A stretch of 64,000 nt of DNA from Candidatus Krumholzibacteriota bacterium (GCA_963727455.1 CAVSGG010000009.1:384001-448000); one strand, 5' to 3'. Shown: positions 1-12,272, counted from the first letter of the stretch. Numbers and translations: made by a program. Notes: generated by a model from the letters alone, not told the origin.

Positions 1-392
1 GCGTCGACCGCGATGCTGGTGGTGAACGCAGGATAGGAAATACTCAGATAGCCGGGATAACCGTTGACGATGCTCTCAAGATCGTTATCGGGTTGGATGG
101 AAAAGTGGTAGAAGTACGGCGGTGCGGGCAGTCCGGCGGGATCGTCATCGTAGGTGCGGATGCCTCCGTTCCCCACGTCGCTTTCTAGAAATGTCATCAC
201 CTCTTCGAGCAGCTGACCGTGAGGCTTGAGGGGCGCCGGAGCCGCTGTTGCCGTTGCGCTCGCGAGGAAGCTCACAGCGCAGACGACGAGGAACCGGCAG
301 CTCCAAATCCGTGCGCGGGTGGAAGTGAAAAAACTTGCGATGGAACTCCGCCCGCTCGCGGAGCGCGCTCTGAGGGAAGATTCCTTGTCCAT
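1..392 (-). CDS. Partial CDS (runs off window start), probable exported protein
   Basis: Manual translation from ATG 392 gives MDKESSLR...RFLVVCAVSFLASATATAAPAPLKPHGQLLEEVMTFLESD...YPAFTTSIAVDA. The frame is open to the window edge and has a signal-peptide-like segment. The true start may be further downstream. Confidence 0.55.
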   Translation of the reverse strand, partial: MDKESSLRARSASGRSSIASFFTSTRARIWSCRFLVVCAVSFLASATATAAPAPLKPHGQLLEEVMTFLESDVGNGGIRTYDDDPAGLPAPPYFYHFSIQPDNDLESIVNGYPGYLSISYPAFTTSIAVD

Positions 393-438
393 CGGGAGAC
401 TCCAAGCCGCACCGAGGAGAATGTGAATCCTCAGTATA

Positions 439-1403
439 TCAGAAGAAGGAGATGCTGAGGTAGCGTTCCGGATGCTCCTTGATCTTCTGGATGAGAGCGT
501 GGACCTCTTCCATCGTGCCCAGCATCTCCCGGTAGAGATCGTCCTCTTGGAGCAGGTGGGCCGTGGTGCCCTCCCCGAGCAATTGGCTCATCACAGTATC
601 GGCTCCCGCCACCGCTCGTCCCATCCCATCCGCCATCTCCCGGTCGGACAACAGGCGGTGCACGAGGCCATCGCCCCCCGTGGCCATGGTGGCGAGCGAA
701 TCGAAGCGCGAGATGGCAAGTTCCAGTCGCCGCGCCATACTGTCGTCCTTCACCAGGCGACCCAGACTTCCCTTGCCCTGTTTCAATCCGCGGCTGATCT
801 CGGCCAGGTTCGAGACCGCGTCGTGCAGATTCTGCGCGGTGGCTCGGATCGTTCAGCAACATGGCCAGGGTTCCCTCGCCTCGATCCAACTTGTCGACGG
901 CCTCGGAGGTCTTCTTGACGATTTCCAAAAAGTTGTCGAGCGCTCCGGCCGCCTTCTGGAAGGTCGCTGGCCAATCGGTGGGGGCCATGATCTTGATCTC
1001 GGCCCCGCGAGGAAGTGGTTTCTCACCTGGTTGTCCCGCGGAGATGTCGATGAAGCGATCTCCGAGTACGCCGACGGTTCGAATGGTCGCAACCGAACTC
1101 TCTGTGATTTGACGTTGCCGTTGCAGGGGAAGTTGTAGAACGAGTTCGATGTTATTGCCGTCTTCGCGATGCGCGAAGCGAATGTCACTGATCTTACCGA
1201 CCTCCAGTCCAGCCAGGGCGACCATGGAGCCCTTGCCGAGCTGCTGCGCGTTTGGAAGGTAACACTTCAGATGGTACTTGCGTTCGAAGAGCCGCGAGTT
1301 GGTTCCCACTACGAACAAAGCGGCGAAGAGCACGGCGGTCGTGGCCAGAAAGAAGACCCCCACCTTCAAATTGCGCCAGCCCTTGAGGTTCCCGTTCCGG
1401 CAT
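439..1403 (-). CDS. mlaD: MlaD/MCE family substrate-binding protein (frameshifted)
   Basis: N-terminal TM (KVGVFFLATTAVLFAALFVVG), MCE motifs (GSMVALAGLEVGKI; TVGVLGDRFIDISAG) and a helical tail (GKGSLGRLVKDD...HPERYLSISFF). Split over ORFs 431-1369 and 439-786. Confidence 0.85.
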
Positions 1404-1406
1404 GAA

Positions 1407-2162
1407 TCAAAGTCCTTCTTGCTGGGCGATGAACTCGCGAATGAAAGGGTCGGGAGAAGCCATCAGCTCGTTGAAGCTACCATCGAACACGATTCTACCC
1501 TCTCGCAGCACGGCCACGCTATCGGCAATCTGCTTGGCATCGTTCAATATGTGGGTGACGACGATCGAAGTCACACGAAAGTCGTCATGCAGGCGGGAGA
1601 TCAGCCGCAGCAGTCTGCGAACGCCAATGGGATCGATCCCTGTCGTGGGCTCGTCGAAGAGAATGACTTCGGGACTGCAGACCATCGCGCGCGCGATGGC
1701 GGCCCGCTTGGTCATGCCCCCCGACAACTCGGCAGGCATGAGATCGTAGGCATCAGACAATCCCACGTATTCCAGGCGCTGCCTTACCAGGGGTTCGGCC
1801 TGTTCCAGGGTGAGACCGTGGGTCTCGGTGGTGCAGAAGGCCACGTTCTCCGCCACCGTCATCGAGTCGAAGAGCGCTCCCGCCTGAAAGACCATCCCGA
1901 TGCGGTGCCGGATCGGCTTGAGAGCGGCTTCACTCATCTTGCTGATTTCTTCTCCGAAGATCTCGACGCTGCCGCTGTTGGGACGAATCAAGCCCAGGGC
2001 CAAGCGAAGAATGGTGCTCTTACCTTCGCCGCTTCCGCCCAGAACGACTTTGGTTTCCCCGCGACGCACAAAGAAATCGACTCCCGAGAGAATTTCGCGA
2101 TCCCGGGTGAAGGACAGATGGACGTCCTTCAGTGCGATCACGATCTCGTCTTCCGGCTGCAC
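1407..2162 (-). CDS. mlaF: MlaF-type ABC transporter ATP-binding protein
   Basis: Walker A GGSGEGKS, signature LSGGM, Walker B ILFDEPTTG, H-loop VTH. Lies between mlaE and mlaD. Confidence 0.9.
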   Translation of the reverse strand: MQPEDEIVIALKDVHLSFTRDREILSGVDFFVRRGETKVVLGGSGEGKSTILRLALGLIRPNSGSVEIFGEEISKMSEAALKPIRHRIGMVFQAGALFDSMTVAENVAFCTTETHGLTLEQAEPLVRQRLEYVGLSDAYDLMPAELSGGMTKRAAIARAMVCSPEVILFDEPTTGIDPIGVRRLLRLISRLHDDFRVTSIVVTHILNDAKQIADSVAVLREGRIVFDGSFNELMASPDPFIREFIAQQEGL

Positions 2163-2213
2163 TGTATGGAGTCGTTGGTCACAAGTTGCTGAGAGTCCGT
2201 CATGTCGTCCTCC

Positions 2214-2995
2214 TCAACCCCCCCAGAGGGTGAGGATGAGCTTGCCCAAAACGAAGTCCGTGGCAAGAACCGTCAGAGTCGATGCCACCACGGCTCGGGT
2301 AGCGCTCTCCCCCACTCCCGCGGCGCCGCCGCGCGTGTAGAGTCCATAATGAGCGCTGATGGATGCGATGATCCATCCGAAGAAGATGGGCTTGATGAAT
2401 CCCACCGCGAGGTCCTTGAACTGCAGAGTGTCCAGGGCCGAATCCCAGTAGAAGGTGCTCGAGGTGTTCAGCAGGGTCACTGCGATCACCCAGCCTCCGA
2501 TCACGCCCATGAGATCGCAAAAGAGAGTCAAGGGCAAGAGGGTGAGGACACTGGCGACCTGGCGTGGCATCACCAGATATTCGATGGGATCGGCTCCGAG
2601 AGCGCGCAGCGCGTCGATCTGATCGGTGACCTTCATCGAACCCAATTCAGCCGCCACCATGGATCCGGTCCGCGCCGCGATCATGATTCCGGCGAGCACG
2701 GGACCGATCTCACGAATGACCCCGATGGCCACGATGCGGCCCATGAGAAGCTTCGCGCCGAACTGCTCCAGCTTGGTTCCCCACTCCATGGCCAAGACGA
2801 GTCCGATGAAGAGTCCGGCCAAGAGCATCACCCAACCGGCGGAACTCCCCAGCGAAAGACCTGCTCCTCGATCCGTTCCCGGTGCTGCCAGGCGTTCCGC
2901 ATGCTCCGCAGCCCGCCGAAGAGAATCTGAGACATGTGCTCAGACTCCTCCACGAAGGAGCGAAACGCGAAGTCGAGAGCTTGCAGGGTATTCAT
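2214..2995 (-). CDS. mlaE: MlaE family ABC permease (frameshift near 2835)
   Basis: REIGPVLAGIMIAARTGSMVAAELGSMKVTDQIDALRALG and GGAAGVGESATRAVV motifs. The N-terminal part (MNTLQALDF...) starts at ATG 2995 in another frame. Confidence 0.88.
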
Positions 2996-3042
2996 GCGGG
3001 TCGGTCTCCGGCGGACTTCGGTGGGGACTTCGGAGAAAAGGA

Positions 3043-3996
3043 TCAGCGTAGGCGGTACTCTACACCCGCGAGCGCCTTGAACCCAAGCTCATCTGGCCGG
3101 ACAAAGCGCGTGGCGCAAGCGCCTCCTCCAGGGTGGCATGGGTGAAAGCTGAATCCCTCGTTTTCGGCGCGAAACGGTAGCGCGCGTGCGCTGGCGAAGC
3201 AGGAGTTCCTCCGCCATCTCACCAAGATGAGTTTCAGGGCGAAACCGGGAATCGGCAGGAACGCCGGACGGTGCAATACCCGGCCCAGGGTCCGCGCGAA
3301 ATCTCGCGAACGCATGGGTTCGGGTGCCACCGCGTTGACCGGTCCTGACTCGCACTCGTGCTGAAGATAGTGGACGATGAGCTTCACCAGGTCCGGCAGA
3401 GCGATCCAGCTCCAGTACTGATCGCCGCCGGCGAGCGGGCCCCCGAGTCCAAAGCGAAAAAAAGGCAGCATGCGGGCGAGGGCCCCACCGTCCGGTGACA
3501 GCACCATGCCGATACGAAGATGGAGGGTGGTGATCCGGGCCCGGCGAGCCGCTTCGGCCGCGGCCTCCCAGGCCGCGCAAGTCTCCGCCAGAGAATCCCC
3601 GGCCGGGCGGGTCCGACTCGGCGCAGAGCTCCTCGCCCCGATCCCCGTAATACCCCACGGCCGAAGCGCAGATGAGGATCCTGGGCTTGACGGGAGAGCC
3701 CAGCCAGCCCCTCCGCCAGGAGCTGCGTGCCCTTCACCCTGCTGTCGCGGATGCGCGCCTTCTTGGCAGGGGTCCAGCGATCGGAGGAGATCGGCTCCCC
3801 CGCGAGATGGATGACGGCATCCTGCCCTTCCAGGGCCTCCGCGTCGATTTCCCCCCTCCGGGGATTCCAGTGGGCACGGCCCGGGACTCGTGCCTCTGTT
3901 CCTCTTGAGCGCCAGGATCTCGTGGCCGAGCGCCGTCAGGCGCTCCGTCAGCGCCTGGCCCAAAAGCCCCGAGGATCCGGTGATTGCGATACGCAC
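3043..3996 (-). CDS. TIGR01777/YfcH-family NAD-dependent epimerase (internal frameshifts)
   Basis: [13 protein letters not shown] Rossmann start; [30 protein letters not shown] and [10 protein letters not shown] motifs. Confidence 0.8.
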   Translation of the reverse strand: MRIAITGSSGLLGQALTERLTALGHEILALKRNRGTSPGPCPLESPEGGNRRGGPGRAGCRHPSRGGADLLRSLDPCQEGAHPRQQGEGHAAPGGGAGWALPSSPGSSSALRPWGITGIGARSSAPSRTRPAGDSLAETCAAWEAAAEAARRARITTLHLRIGMVLSPDGGALARMLPFFRFGLGGPLAGGDQYWSWIALPDLVKLIVHYLQHECESGPVNAVAPEPMRSRDFARTLGRVLHRPAFLPIPGFALKLILVRWRRNSCFASARALPFRAENEGFSFHPCHPGGGACATRFVRPDELGFKALAGVEYRLR

Positions 3997-4202
3997 GGTC
4001 GAGTCCTCCCCATTGGAAGTGTGGATCCTCCCCGCGAGGGTAAGAGGGGATCCGGCCGCTGGCCAGTTTGGACATGGCCCGGCGGCCCCCTAGTATTGGG
4101 GGGCAAATTCAACGGATCTGGGAGCGTGAAGCGTTCACGCCGAGGGGAACTCTCAGAGTGTCTTCTCCCGCTCGGCAGAACCCGATTGTGAAAGGTCGGA
4201 CC

Positions 4203-5520
4203 ATGGCGAAGAAAGTGTTGATCATGGGCGCGGCGGGGAAAGATTTCCACGTCTTCAATACACTTTACCGGAACAACGACTCCGTCGAGGTCGTTGCGTT
4301 CACTGCGACCCAGATTCCCGGCATCGAGGATCGGCGCTATCCGGCCGTACTCGCGGGGCCAGGCTATCCCGAGGGTATTCCCATCGAAGCCGAGGAAGAT
4401 CTGGAAAAGCTGATCGCCCAGCACAAGGTCGAGCACGTGGTTTTCGCCTATAGCGACGTGAGTTACGAATACGTCGACGGCAAGCGCAAGATCGTCGAGG
4501 CGGCCGGCGCGAGTTTCGAAACCGCCCCCGCCAAGAAGGTCATGATCGAGAGCACGAAGCCGGTGGTTGCGGTCTGTGCAGTACGGACCGGCTGCGGAAA
4601 GAGTCAAACTACCCGCTACATCGCCAATGCCCTGCAGGAGCTGGGGCTCAAAGTGGCGGCCATTCGGCACCCCATGCCCTACGGCGATCTCGCCAAGCAG
4701 GCGGTGCAGCGCTTCGCGAGCATCGATGACCTCAAGAAGCACGAGTGCACCATCGAGGAGATGGAAGAGTACGAACCGCACATCGCCAACGGCATTCTCG
4801 TGTTCGCCGGCGTGGACTACGAAGCCATCCTGCGCGAGGCGGAAAAGGAAGCCGATGTCATCCTGTGGGATGGCGGCAACAACGATACCCCCTTCTACAA
4901 GCCCGACCTCCACATCACCATCGTCGATCCTCATCGTCCGGGTCATGAACTCAGCTACTATCCGGGACGCGAGAACATGGAGATGGCCGACCTCATCATC
5001 TTCAACAAGATGGATTCGGCGGATCCCGCCAACGTGGCCAAGGTCGAAGCCAGCGTGAAGGAGCACAACCCCAGGGCGAAAGTCGTCTACGCGGAGAGTC
5101 CGGTGACCGTGGCCGATCCTTCGGTCATCAAGAACAAGCGCGTGCTCGTCGTCGAGGATGGACCCACCTTGACTCACGGCGGCATGAAGTACGGCGCCGG
5201 CGTGATCGCCGCGAAAGCGGTGGGCGTGAGCGAGATGGTGGACCCAAGGCCTTTTACCGTGGGGACCCTCAGCGCGACTTTCGAAAAATATCCGGAGATC
5301 GGAGTGCTTCTTCCCGCCATGGGATACAGCGGACAGCAAGTGCGCGATCTGCAGACCACGATCAACGCCACCGATTGTGACGCGGTGATCGTGGGAACTC
5401 CCATCGATCTGAGCCGGATCGTGAAGATCGACAAACCCTATACGCGGGTCACCTACGACCTGAAGCCGATCAAGGGCCCCAATCTGAAGGAGCTTGGTGG
5501 CAGCCGCCGTCAAGCGCTAG
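4203..5520 (+). CDS. COG2403 P-loop NTPase, cyclic 2,3-diphosphoglycerate synthetase-like / arginine synthetase (ArcE)-like
   Basis: MGAAGKDFHVFN, P-loop AVRTGCGKSQT, RHPMPYG, TIEEMEEYEPH, WDGGNND, VEDGPTLTHGGM. An extra G near 5496 hides the natural end (VAAAVKR*, TAG 5518-5520). Confidence 0.8.
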
Positions 5521-6869
5521 CGCGCGGACTCAGGCCGTGTCTTGAGCTCGTAAGCCATGAGCATGGCCATTTCCAGCGCTTGTTCATAATTGAGGCGGGG
5601 ATCGACCGTGCTCTGGTAGGCGCGTTCGAGATCCGCCTCATTCAAGCCCCTGGCTCCCCCCACGCACTCGGTGACGTCTTCGCCCGTCAGCTCCAGGTGA
5701 ACACCCGCCAGGAGCGTGCCCATTTTTTCGTGGATGGCGAAGGCTCGCTTGGTTTCGCCCATGATCTTCTCGAAGCGGCGGGTCTTGTGCCCGTTCGGCG
5801 TGCGTTCGGTGTTGCCGTGCATCGGATCACAGCACCACACCACGGTCTTTCCGCTGCGGCGCACAGCTTCGATGATCCGGGGAAGATGTTCGTCGATGAA
5901 ATCCACGCCCAGGCGGTGGATGAGAGTGAGACGTCCGGGCTCGTCCTGCGGATGGAGAATCTCCAGAAGCTCCGCGATCCACTCGTCGCTGGTTTCCACT
6001 CCCACCTTGACCGCGATGGGATTGCGGATGCCCCGGAAGTACTCCACGTGCGCGCCTTCGGGATCGGAGGTGCGCAATCCAATCCATGGAAAGTGCGTGG
6101 CCAGGTTGTAGTAGCCGCTGCGACGCGGGACGGTTCTCGTCTGTGCCTGCTCGTAGTACAGCGCGAGTCCCTCGTGACTCGTGTAAATTTCCGCCCGGCG
6201 CATGTTGTTGACTCGCGTCTCGAGCACGTTTTCCATGAATTCCACGGAATCTCGAATGGACTGGACGATGGCCTCGTACTTTTCCTTCGAGCTCGAGTGC
6301 TTCACGAAATCTAGTTTCCAGTATTCGGGATGGTGGAGATCGGCGAATCCGCCTTCCGCCAGCGCCCGCATGAAATTGAGGGTGAGCGCGGCGTGCTCAT
6401 AGCCCCGGAGCAACAGATTGGGGTCGGGAGTGCGATCCTCGGCCGTGAAGCCGTTGCGATTGACCAGGTCACCACGATAGGCGGGCAGGCTCAGCTCCCC
6501 GCGGCGCTCTTGATCCCTGCTGCGCGGCTTGGCGTATTGACCGGCGATCCTTCCCACGCGCACCAGTTTCTTCTTGGTGCCGTGCACGAGAACCAAACTC
6601 ATCTGCAGGAGGATCTTGAGCTGCGCGGTGATGGCATCCGCGGCGCAGGAATCGAAACTCTCCGCGCAATCCCCCCCCTGTAGCAAGAACACCTCACCCC
6701 GAGCCGCGGCGGCGAGTTTCTGCTTCAGGGTCTCGACCTCCCAGGAGGTGACGAGCGGCGGCAATTTCGCCAGCTGCTGAACCACACTCGAGAGCGCCTC
6801 CGTGTCGGGATAACTCGGTTGCTGGATGGCGCGCTTGGCTTGCCAGGAATTTGGAGTCCACTCTCGCAT
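5517..6869 (-). CDS. Class II 3-deoxy-7-phosphoheptulonate (DAHP) synthase
   Basis: LLQGGDCAESF, GRIAGQYAKPRS, TSHEGL, CDPMHGNT, GVHLELTGEDVTECVGG and DPRLN motifs. Confidence 0.93.
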   Translation of the reverse strand: MREWTPNSWQAKRAIQQPSYPDTEALSSVVQQLAKLPPLVTSWEVETLKQKLAAAARGEVFLLQGGDCAESFDSCAADAITAQLKILLQMSLVLVHGTKKKLVRVGRIAGQYAKPRSRDQERRGELSLPAYRGDLVNRNGFTAEDRTPDPNLLLRGYEHAALTLNFMRALAEGGFADLHHPEYWKLDFVKHSSSKEKYEAIVQSIRDSVEFMENVLETRVNNMRRAEIYTSHEGLALYYEQAQTRTVPRRSGYYNLATHFPWIGLRTSDPEGAHVEYFRGIRNPIAVKVGVETSDEWIAELLEILHPQDEPGRLTLIHRLGVDFIDEHLPRIIEAVRRSGKTVVWCCDPMHGNTERTPNGHKTRRFEKIMGETKRAFAIHEKMGTLLAGVHLELTGEDVTECVGGARGLNEADLERAYQSTVDPRLNYEQALEMAMLMAYELKTRPESAR

Positions 6870-6969
6870 GATCGAACCGGTCGCTAGGTCGAAATTCTGC
6901 ATCTTCAGGTGAAGCTGAGGATCAGCATACACGTTCCGCGCGGCTTCTTGCGAACCCGGGGATACCCTA

Positions 6970-9078
6970 TCAATCGCCAAATTCAGCGTTGATGCCCACT
7001 CGCAGCGTTCTTCCGGGCTCGGGCAGCCCGAGCTGCGAGTAGAGAAGCGTATCGAAGACGTTGTCCACGCGCAGATAGAGCTCTGTCGAATCGAGCCAGC
7101 TCGAGGTCGAAACGAACTCCCAACTCGCGCGGAGGTTCCATTGAATCTGCGCGGGAAGCTCTCGCAGCTCACCCGCGTCCAGATCCTGGCTGAAACGGCC
7201 GCCGGTGGCGATAGCTTCCGCCGCCAGGCGCGCGCCGAAGCGCCAGCGTTGACTGAGCTCGAGATAGCTCAAAAACGAGGGGCGGTCCTCGACATGGGCG
7301 CTGAAGGAGCCGTTCTCCTTGGCTCTGGAATGCAGGAAGGAGTGGTGCGCCTGCACCCGCGCGCCGGGATAGGGCCGCCAGGTGGCGCCCAATTCCAAGC
7401 CGAGCACGCGCACTTCATCCGCGTTGACGCGCATGAACTTTCCGCCGGGGAGGCTCTGCTTTTCGATTCCGTCGAATGTGAAGTTGCAGAAGGTTGAACT
7501 GGACAGAGACCAGCGCCGGCCCTGCAAGGTACCTCCGAGTTCGAGAGAGTTCTGGTCCTCAGGTTTCAGATCCAGGTTGGGCTCGAAGCGGCCCAGAGCT
7601 CCCGAATAGAGCTCGCGCAGGGAGGGAAAACGGCTGCGCGCGCGCAGCCTGCAGGTAAAGGCTGCCGCGAGCGGAGAGGGCCTTGCTCGCGCGGACGCTC
7701 AAGGCAGGAGCGGCCTGCGGCGCGCGCGCGGGTTTGTCGCCAGTCTGCGGCGTGCTTGCGGCGTCCACGCCAGCGCCCAGTCGCAAGGCCACACCCTGCT
7801 TCGGCCGAAGCTCGTATTGCAGTCGCGGCCTGTGAAAGCCACTCGCTGAAGCGCTGCTCCGGTCCCTCGTAGACGAGACTCTCGGCGTGACGCGTGTAGC
7901 GCGAGCTTCCCACGAGGCTGAGGTGATCGGACTCGCCGAGACGGCGATCGAGTCTGCAAGCGGAGAAACCCGGTGGCATCGTCGTCCGTCTCGTAGTCCA
8001 CTCCGGGGGTCAAAGCGGGCGAATCGTAGCCGGCGTCGTCAAAGGCGCGAATTTCCTGATGGAAAGCGATCCAGCGAGGCATTCAGATCGGCCTTCCAGC
8101 GATCTCCTTCCGAGGGTCGCAGCTTCACCGCGAGCCCGAGCAGCCCGCGCTGGATCTTCGGGTACCTCCAGAATCGGGCGTCCTGGATGTGGTCCTCGGG
8201 AGGCACCGAACGCGAAGCATCATAGCCCTGCAAGTACAATGCGACGCGGCTGCCGTTTTGCCAGTTGCGTCCGAGCTTCACGAGAGCACTGCTGCGTTCG
8301 AACGCGCTGTTGGTGCGGGTCCGCCTTCCCACTTCCTGGTGGAATCCGGGCTGATAGTCTTTGGGCAAAAGGAAGCCATCACGCGTTTCGCGCGCGATGG
8401 AGGCCGCGCCCTCCCAGCGAGCGAGGCCCAGGTGACGAGCACCCTCGCCCCGATGGAGATTGGCTTCGCCGAGACTCGCGCGCAGACTCTGCTCCGAGCC
8501 GGGGGATCTCTGCTCGCGGGTCTTCAGCTCCACCATTCCCGCGACGGAATTGGGCGGAGAGAGCACGCTCCCCGTCCCGCGGGTGACCGCAACCTCGTCG
8601 ATGGCCAGGGAGGGCAAAAGGGAGAGATCGGCGCGCTCGTCCCAGGGCAGAGTGAGCGGGATTCCATCCTGCTGAATCACGATCTGTCGCTCGGGGGCGC
8701 CGCGCAGCATCAGGACCGTCTCACCGCGCGAATTGGTCGCCGCGCGCGCGTCTGGCACCAGAGGAACGAAGTCGGCCACGGTGAGCGCGTCGCGCTCCTT
8801 GCAGGCGCGTCGGACTGAGCTCCTGTTTCTCCGGTTCTTTCTGCGGCGAGATGATCGTCGCCGCGGACTTCACGCACCGGCAAAAGCACGCGGCCGCCGC
8901 GCGCGTCAGGGATGACGATACTGGAATCGGCGGGAGCCAGGAGCGAATCCGGCTGGGCAAGGGTCGAATCTGCGAAAATCGGAAGGGGAGTCGAGTCGGC
9001 GCTGGTGCCCTGCGCGTGGGCGCTCGAAGCAGCGAGAAGAATGGCGATGAAAGCGAGCGAGAACGTTCTCGACCACAT
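6970..9078 (-). CDS. TonB-dependent receptor (several frameshifts)
   Basis: Signal peptide, plug motif (LRG...QDGIPL...IDEVAVTRGTGSVL...AGMVELKT) and C-terminal LYLRVDNVFD...PEPGRTLRVGINAEF. Spread over 4-5 ORF fragments. Confidence 0.8.
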
Positions 9079-10254
9079 CTAGAAAGCATCCCTTCCCGTG
9101 AGCCCTCTGCCGAGAATGAGGGTGTGGACTTCGTGGGTTCCTTCGTAAGTATAAACAGATTCCAGGTTCATGGCGTGTCGGATGGAGGCGTAATCCAGAG
9201 TGATCCCGTTTGCGCCCAGGATGGACCGGCAAGTGCGCGCGGCCTCGAGCGCCATTCGCACGCAATTTCGCTTCACGAGAGAGACCATCGCGGGAGCGAG
9301 CTTGCCCTGGTCCTTCATTCGCGCATAGTGGATCACCGCGAGCTGGCTCAACGCGATGTTCTCCGCCGTGTCCACCAGTTGCTTCTGGATGAGTTGCTTT
9401 TCTGCGATCGGCTTGCCAAAGGCCTTGCGCTGCAGTGCATACTCGAGCGCCTCTTCGAAACAGGCGCGCGCGGCGCCGACGGCGCCGAAAGCGATGCCAA
9501 AACGGGCCTGGTTGAGACAACTCAGAGGACTTCCCAGTCCCTTGGACTTGGGCAGCAACGCGCTCTTGGGCACGCGCGCTTCATTCAGAACGATCTCACC
9601 CGTCTTCGATGCTCTGAGCGACATCTTGTGGTGTTGCTCGGGCGCAGAGTATCCGGGGGAATCGGCTTCCACCACGAAACCGCGGATGTCGCTGGCCGCG
9701 TCTCCGTCGAGCTTGGCCCATACGATGGCCAGATCGGCGATGGGCGAATTGGTGATCCACATCTTGTTGCCGCTCAAGACGTAGGAATTTCCATCGCTGA
9801 CGGCACGGCTGGACATGGCTCCCGGATCGCTCCCCGCATTCGGCTCGGTGAGCCCGAAGCAACCCACCAGCTCTCCACTGGCCATCTTGGGCAGGTACTT
9901 CTCCTTCTGCTCCTCGCTGCCGAAACGGTGAATGGGGTACATGCACAGAGAGCCCTGCACCGAAGCGAAGCTCCTTAATCCGCTGTCACCGTATTCGAGT
10001 TCCTGCATGGCAAGGCCGTAGGCCACGTTGTTCAGACCGGCGCAGCCGTATCCCGTCAGATTCGTTCCCAGAAGTCCCAGCTCACCCATGGTCGTGGCGA
10101 GCTCCAGTGGGAACTCCGCATTCTCGTAAAGCTCAGCTGCACGCGGCAAATAGCGATCGGCCACGAAACGGCGAGTCGACTCTCGCACGAGGCGCTCCTC
10201 GTCGCTCAGCAAATCTTCGATGACGACAAGTTCGTCCAGTGAAATGGTGTCCAT
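9079..10254 (-). CDS. gcdH: Glutaryl-CoA dehydrogenase-like acyl-CoA dehydrogenase
   Basis: ELEYGDSGLRSFASVQGSL, GCFGLTEPNAGSDP, KMWITNSPIAD and NLESVYTYEGTHEVHTLILGR. Confidence 0.85.
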   Translation of the reverse strand: MDTISLDELVVIEDLLSDEERLVRESTRRFVADRYLPRAAELYENAEFPLELATTMGELGLLGTNLTGYGCAGLNNVAYGLAMQELEYGDSGLRSFASVQGSLCMYPIHRFGSEEQKEKYLPKMASGELVGCFGLTEPNAGSDPGAMSSRAVSDGNSYVLSGNKMWITNSPIADLAIVWAKLDGDAASDIRGFVVEADSPGYSAPEQHHKMSLRASKTGEIVLNEARVPKSALLPKSKGLGSPLSCLNQARFGIAFGAVGAARACFEEALEYALQRKAFGKPIAEKQLIQKQLVDTAENIALSQLAVIHYARMKDQGKLAPAMVSLVKRNCVRMALEAARTCRSILGANGITLDYASIRHAMNLESVYTYEGTHEVHTLILGRGLTGRDAF

Positions 10255-10309
10255 GAAACTTCTCCACCTTTTGGTGTGTGGAAGGCGCCGAACTCGCGCT
10301 CCCGCTCGC

Positions 10310-12272
10310 TCAGAGTTCTACTTCGACCCCGATCTCCAAGACACGGCCGGCCGGGATCTTGAAGTACGACGCGGCAGTTTGCGCGTTGCGGGAAATCACT
10401 GCGAAGAGCCACTCGCGCCAGATCGCCATGCCGCGCCTCTTGGTGGGCAGCAGCGTCTCCCGGCCCAAGACGAAGGTCGTCTGGTCCAAAGAATACTCGA
10501 AGCCGCGTCCCTTGGCAGTCGTGAGCAGGCGAGGCACGTTCACGGTATCCATGAATCCGTAGCGGCCGATGAGCCGGTAGATCCCGTTGCCGAGGTCTTC
10601 CAGTTCGAGACGTCTCGTAGCGGGAACTCGCGGCGTATCCTCGATCACGACCGTGAGCAGGATGGCCCTCTCGTGCAGCACGTGATTGTGCCCGAGGTTG
10701 TGCATGAGGGAGTGGGGCGCGATCTCCGGCTGGCTCGTCATGTAAACCGCGGTCCCTGGAACCCGCTGCGGGGAGTCCTTCTTGATTTGCTTCAAGAAAT
10801 CCTCCACGGGAACCGTTCCCTCGTTCAGACGCGAAGCCAGAATTTCCCTTCCGCGTTTCCAGGTCGACATCAGAGTGAAGATCAGCATTCCGACGAGCAA
10901 CGGGAACCATCCCCCGTACTCGACTTTGATGATGTTGGCGCCGAAGAACGCCAAGTCCGCCACCAGGAAGGAACCCGTGAGCAACATGGAACTCCACATC
11001 GGCCAGCTGCCACCGCTCACGGCAGACGAAATAGAAGATGATCGAGGTGATGACCATGGTGGTAGTCACCGCGACTCCGTAGGCGGCTGCGAGGTTGTCG
11101 GAGGTCTTGAAGCCCAAGACCAGACCGATGGTGCAGAGCATGAGCATCCAGTTGACCGAGGGCACGTAGATCTGTCCGATCTCTTCTTCACTGGTATGCC
11201 GAATTTCGACGCGAGGACTGAAGCCGAGCTGAACCAGCTGTCCCGCCATGGAAAAGGAACCGGAGATCACGGCCTGGGAGGCGATGATCGTCGCCGCGGT
11301 AGAGAGAATGACCAGAGGAATCAAGGCCCAGCCCGGGGCGAGCAGAAAGAACGGATTGCGGACCGCGTCGGGATTGGTGAGGAGGACTCCTCCTTGACCG
11401 AAATAATTGAGGAGCAACCCGGGTAGAACCACGGTGAACCAGGCGACGCGTATGGGCCGCGGGCCGAAGTGCCCCATGTCCGCGTAGAGGGCCTCCCCTC
11501 CCGTCACCACCAGGAAGACGGTGCCCAGGGTGAGCAGCCCGGGAATCTTGTTCACGATGAAGAAGTTCACCGCATGCGTGGGATTCAAAGCAGCTAGAAC
11601 CTGAGGGGCACGGAGGATGCCGTGCACACCGAGCACCATGAGCACGAGAAACCAGCCGAACACCACGGGCCCGAAGAGCGAGCCAACCCCCGCCGTTCCC
11701 TTTCTCTGCAGGAGGAAGAGTCCCGCCAGGAGCACGATGGTCATGGGCACCACGTAAGAGGAAAACACCGGCGCCGCGATCTCGAGCCCCTCCACCGCGC
11801 TGAGCACCGAGATCGCGGGCGTGATCATGCCGTCCCCGAAGAGCAGCGCTCCGCCGAAGAGCCCCAAGAAGACGAGAAGCCAGTGGGTTCTCCTCCTCTC
11901 GTTGCCTTTTGGCAGCAGAATGGCGATGAGTGCGATGATCCCGCCCTCCCCGTCATTGTCCGCCCGCATGATGAAGATCAGGTACTTGAGCGAGATGACC
12001 CAGATGAGCGACCAGAAGATCAAAGAGAGTACGCCCAGCACGTTCTCGTTGCTGATCGGAATTCCGTACTCGCCCCGGAAACAGACGCGGATCGCGTAGA
12101 GAGGACTGGTTCCGATGTCCCCGAACACCACCCCCATGGCCAGAAGCGAAAGCACCAGGAGACGCCGGTTCGTCGGTGGCCCTTCCTCGGCGCGATCCTT
12201 GGAACCGTTCGTCTCCTTGGTAGCCGGCTTCTCCTCTTTGGACTTTGATTCCTTCGAGCGCTTCTTTGCCAT
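10310..12272 (-). CDS. kup: KUP/HAK/KT potassium transporter (frameshift near 11010)
   Basis: GVVFGDIGTSPLYA, ADNDGEGG, GDGMITPAISVLSAVEG, GGEALYADMGHFG. The C-terminal domain (HNHVLHE, RYGFMD) is in ORF 10310-11020. Confidence 0.92.

Noticed and set aside
4068-6314. 748-aa ORF appearing to extend the COG2403 protein across the DAHP synthase gene
   Set aside because: One extra base near 5496 bypasses the natural TAG (5518-5520). The extension is just the antisense of DAHP synthase.
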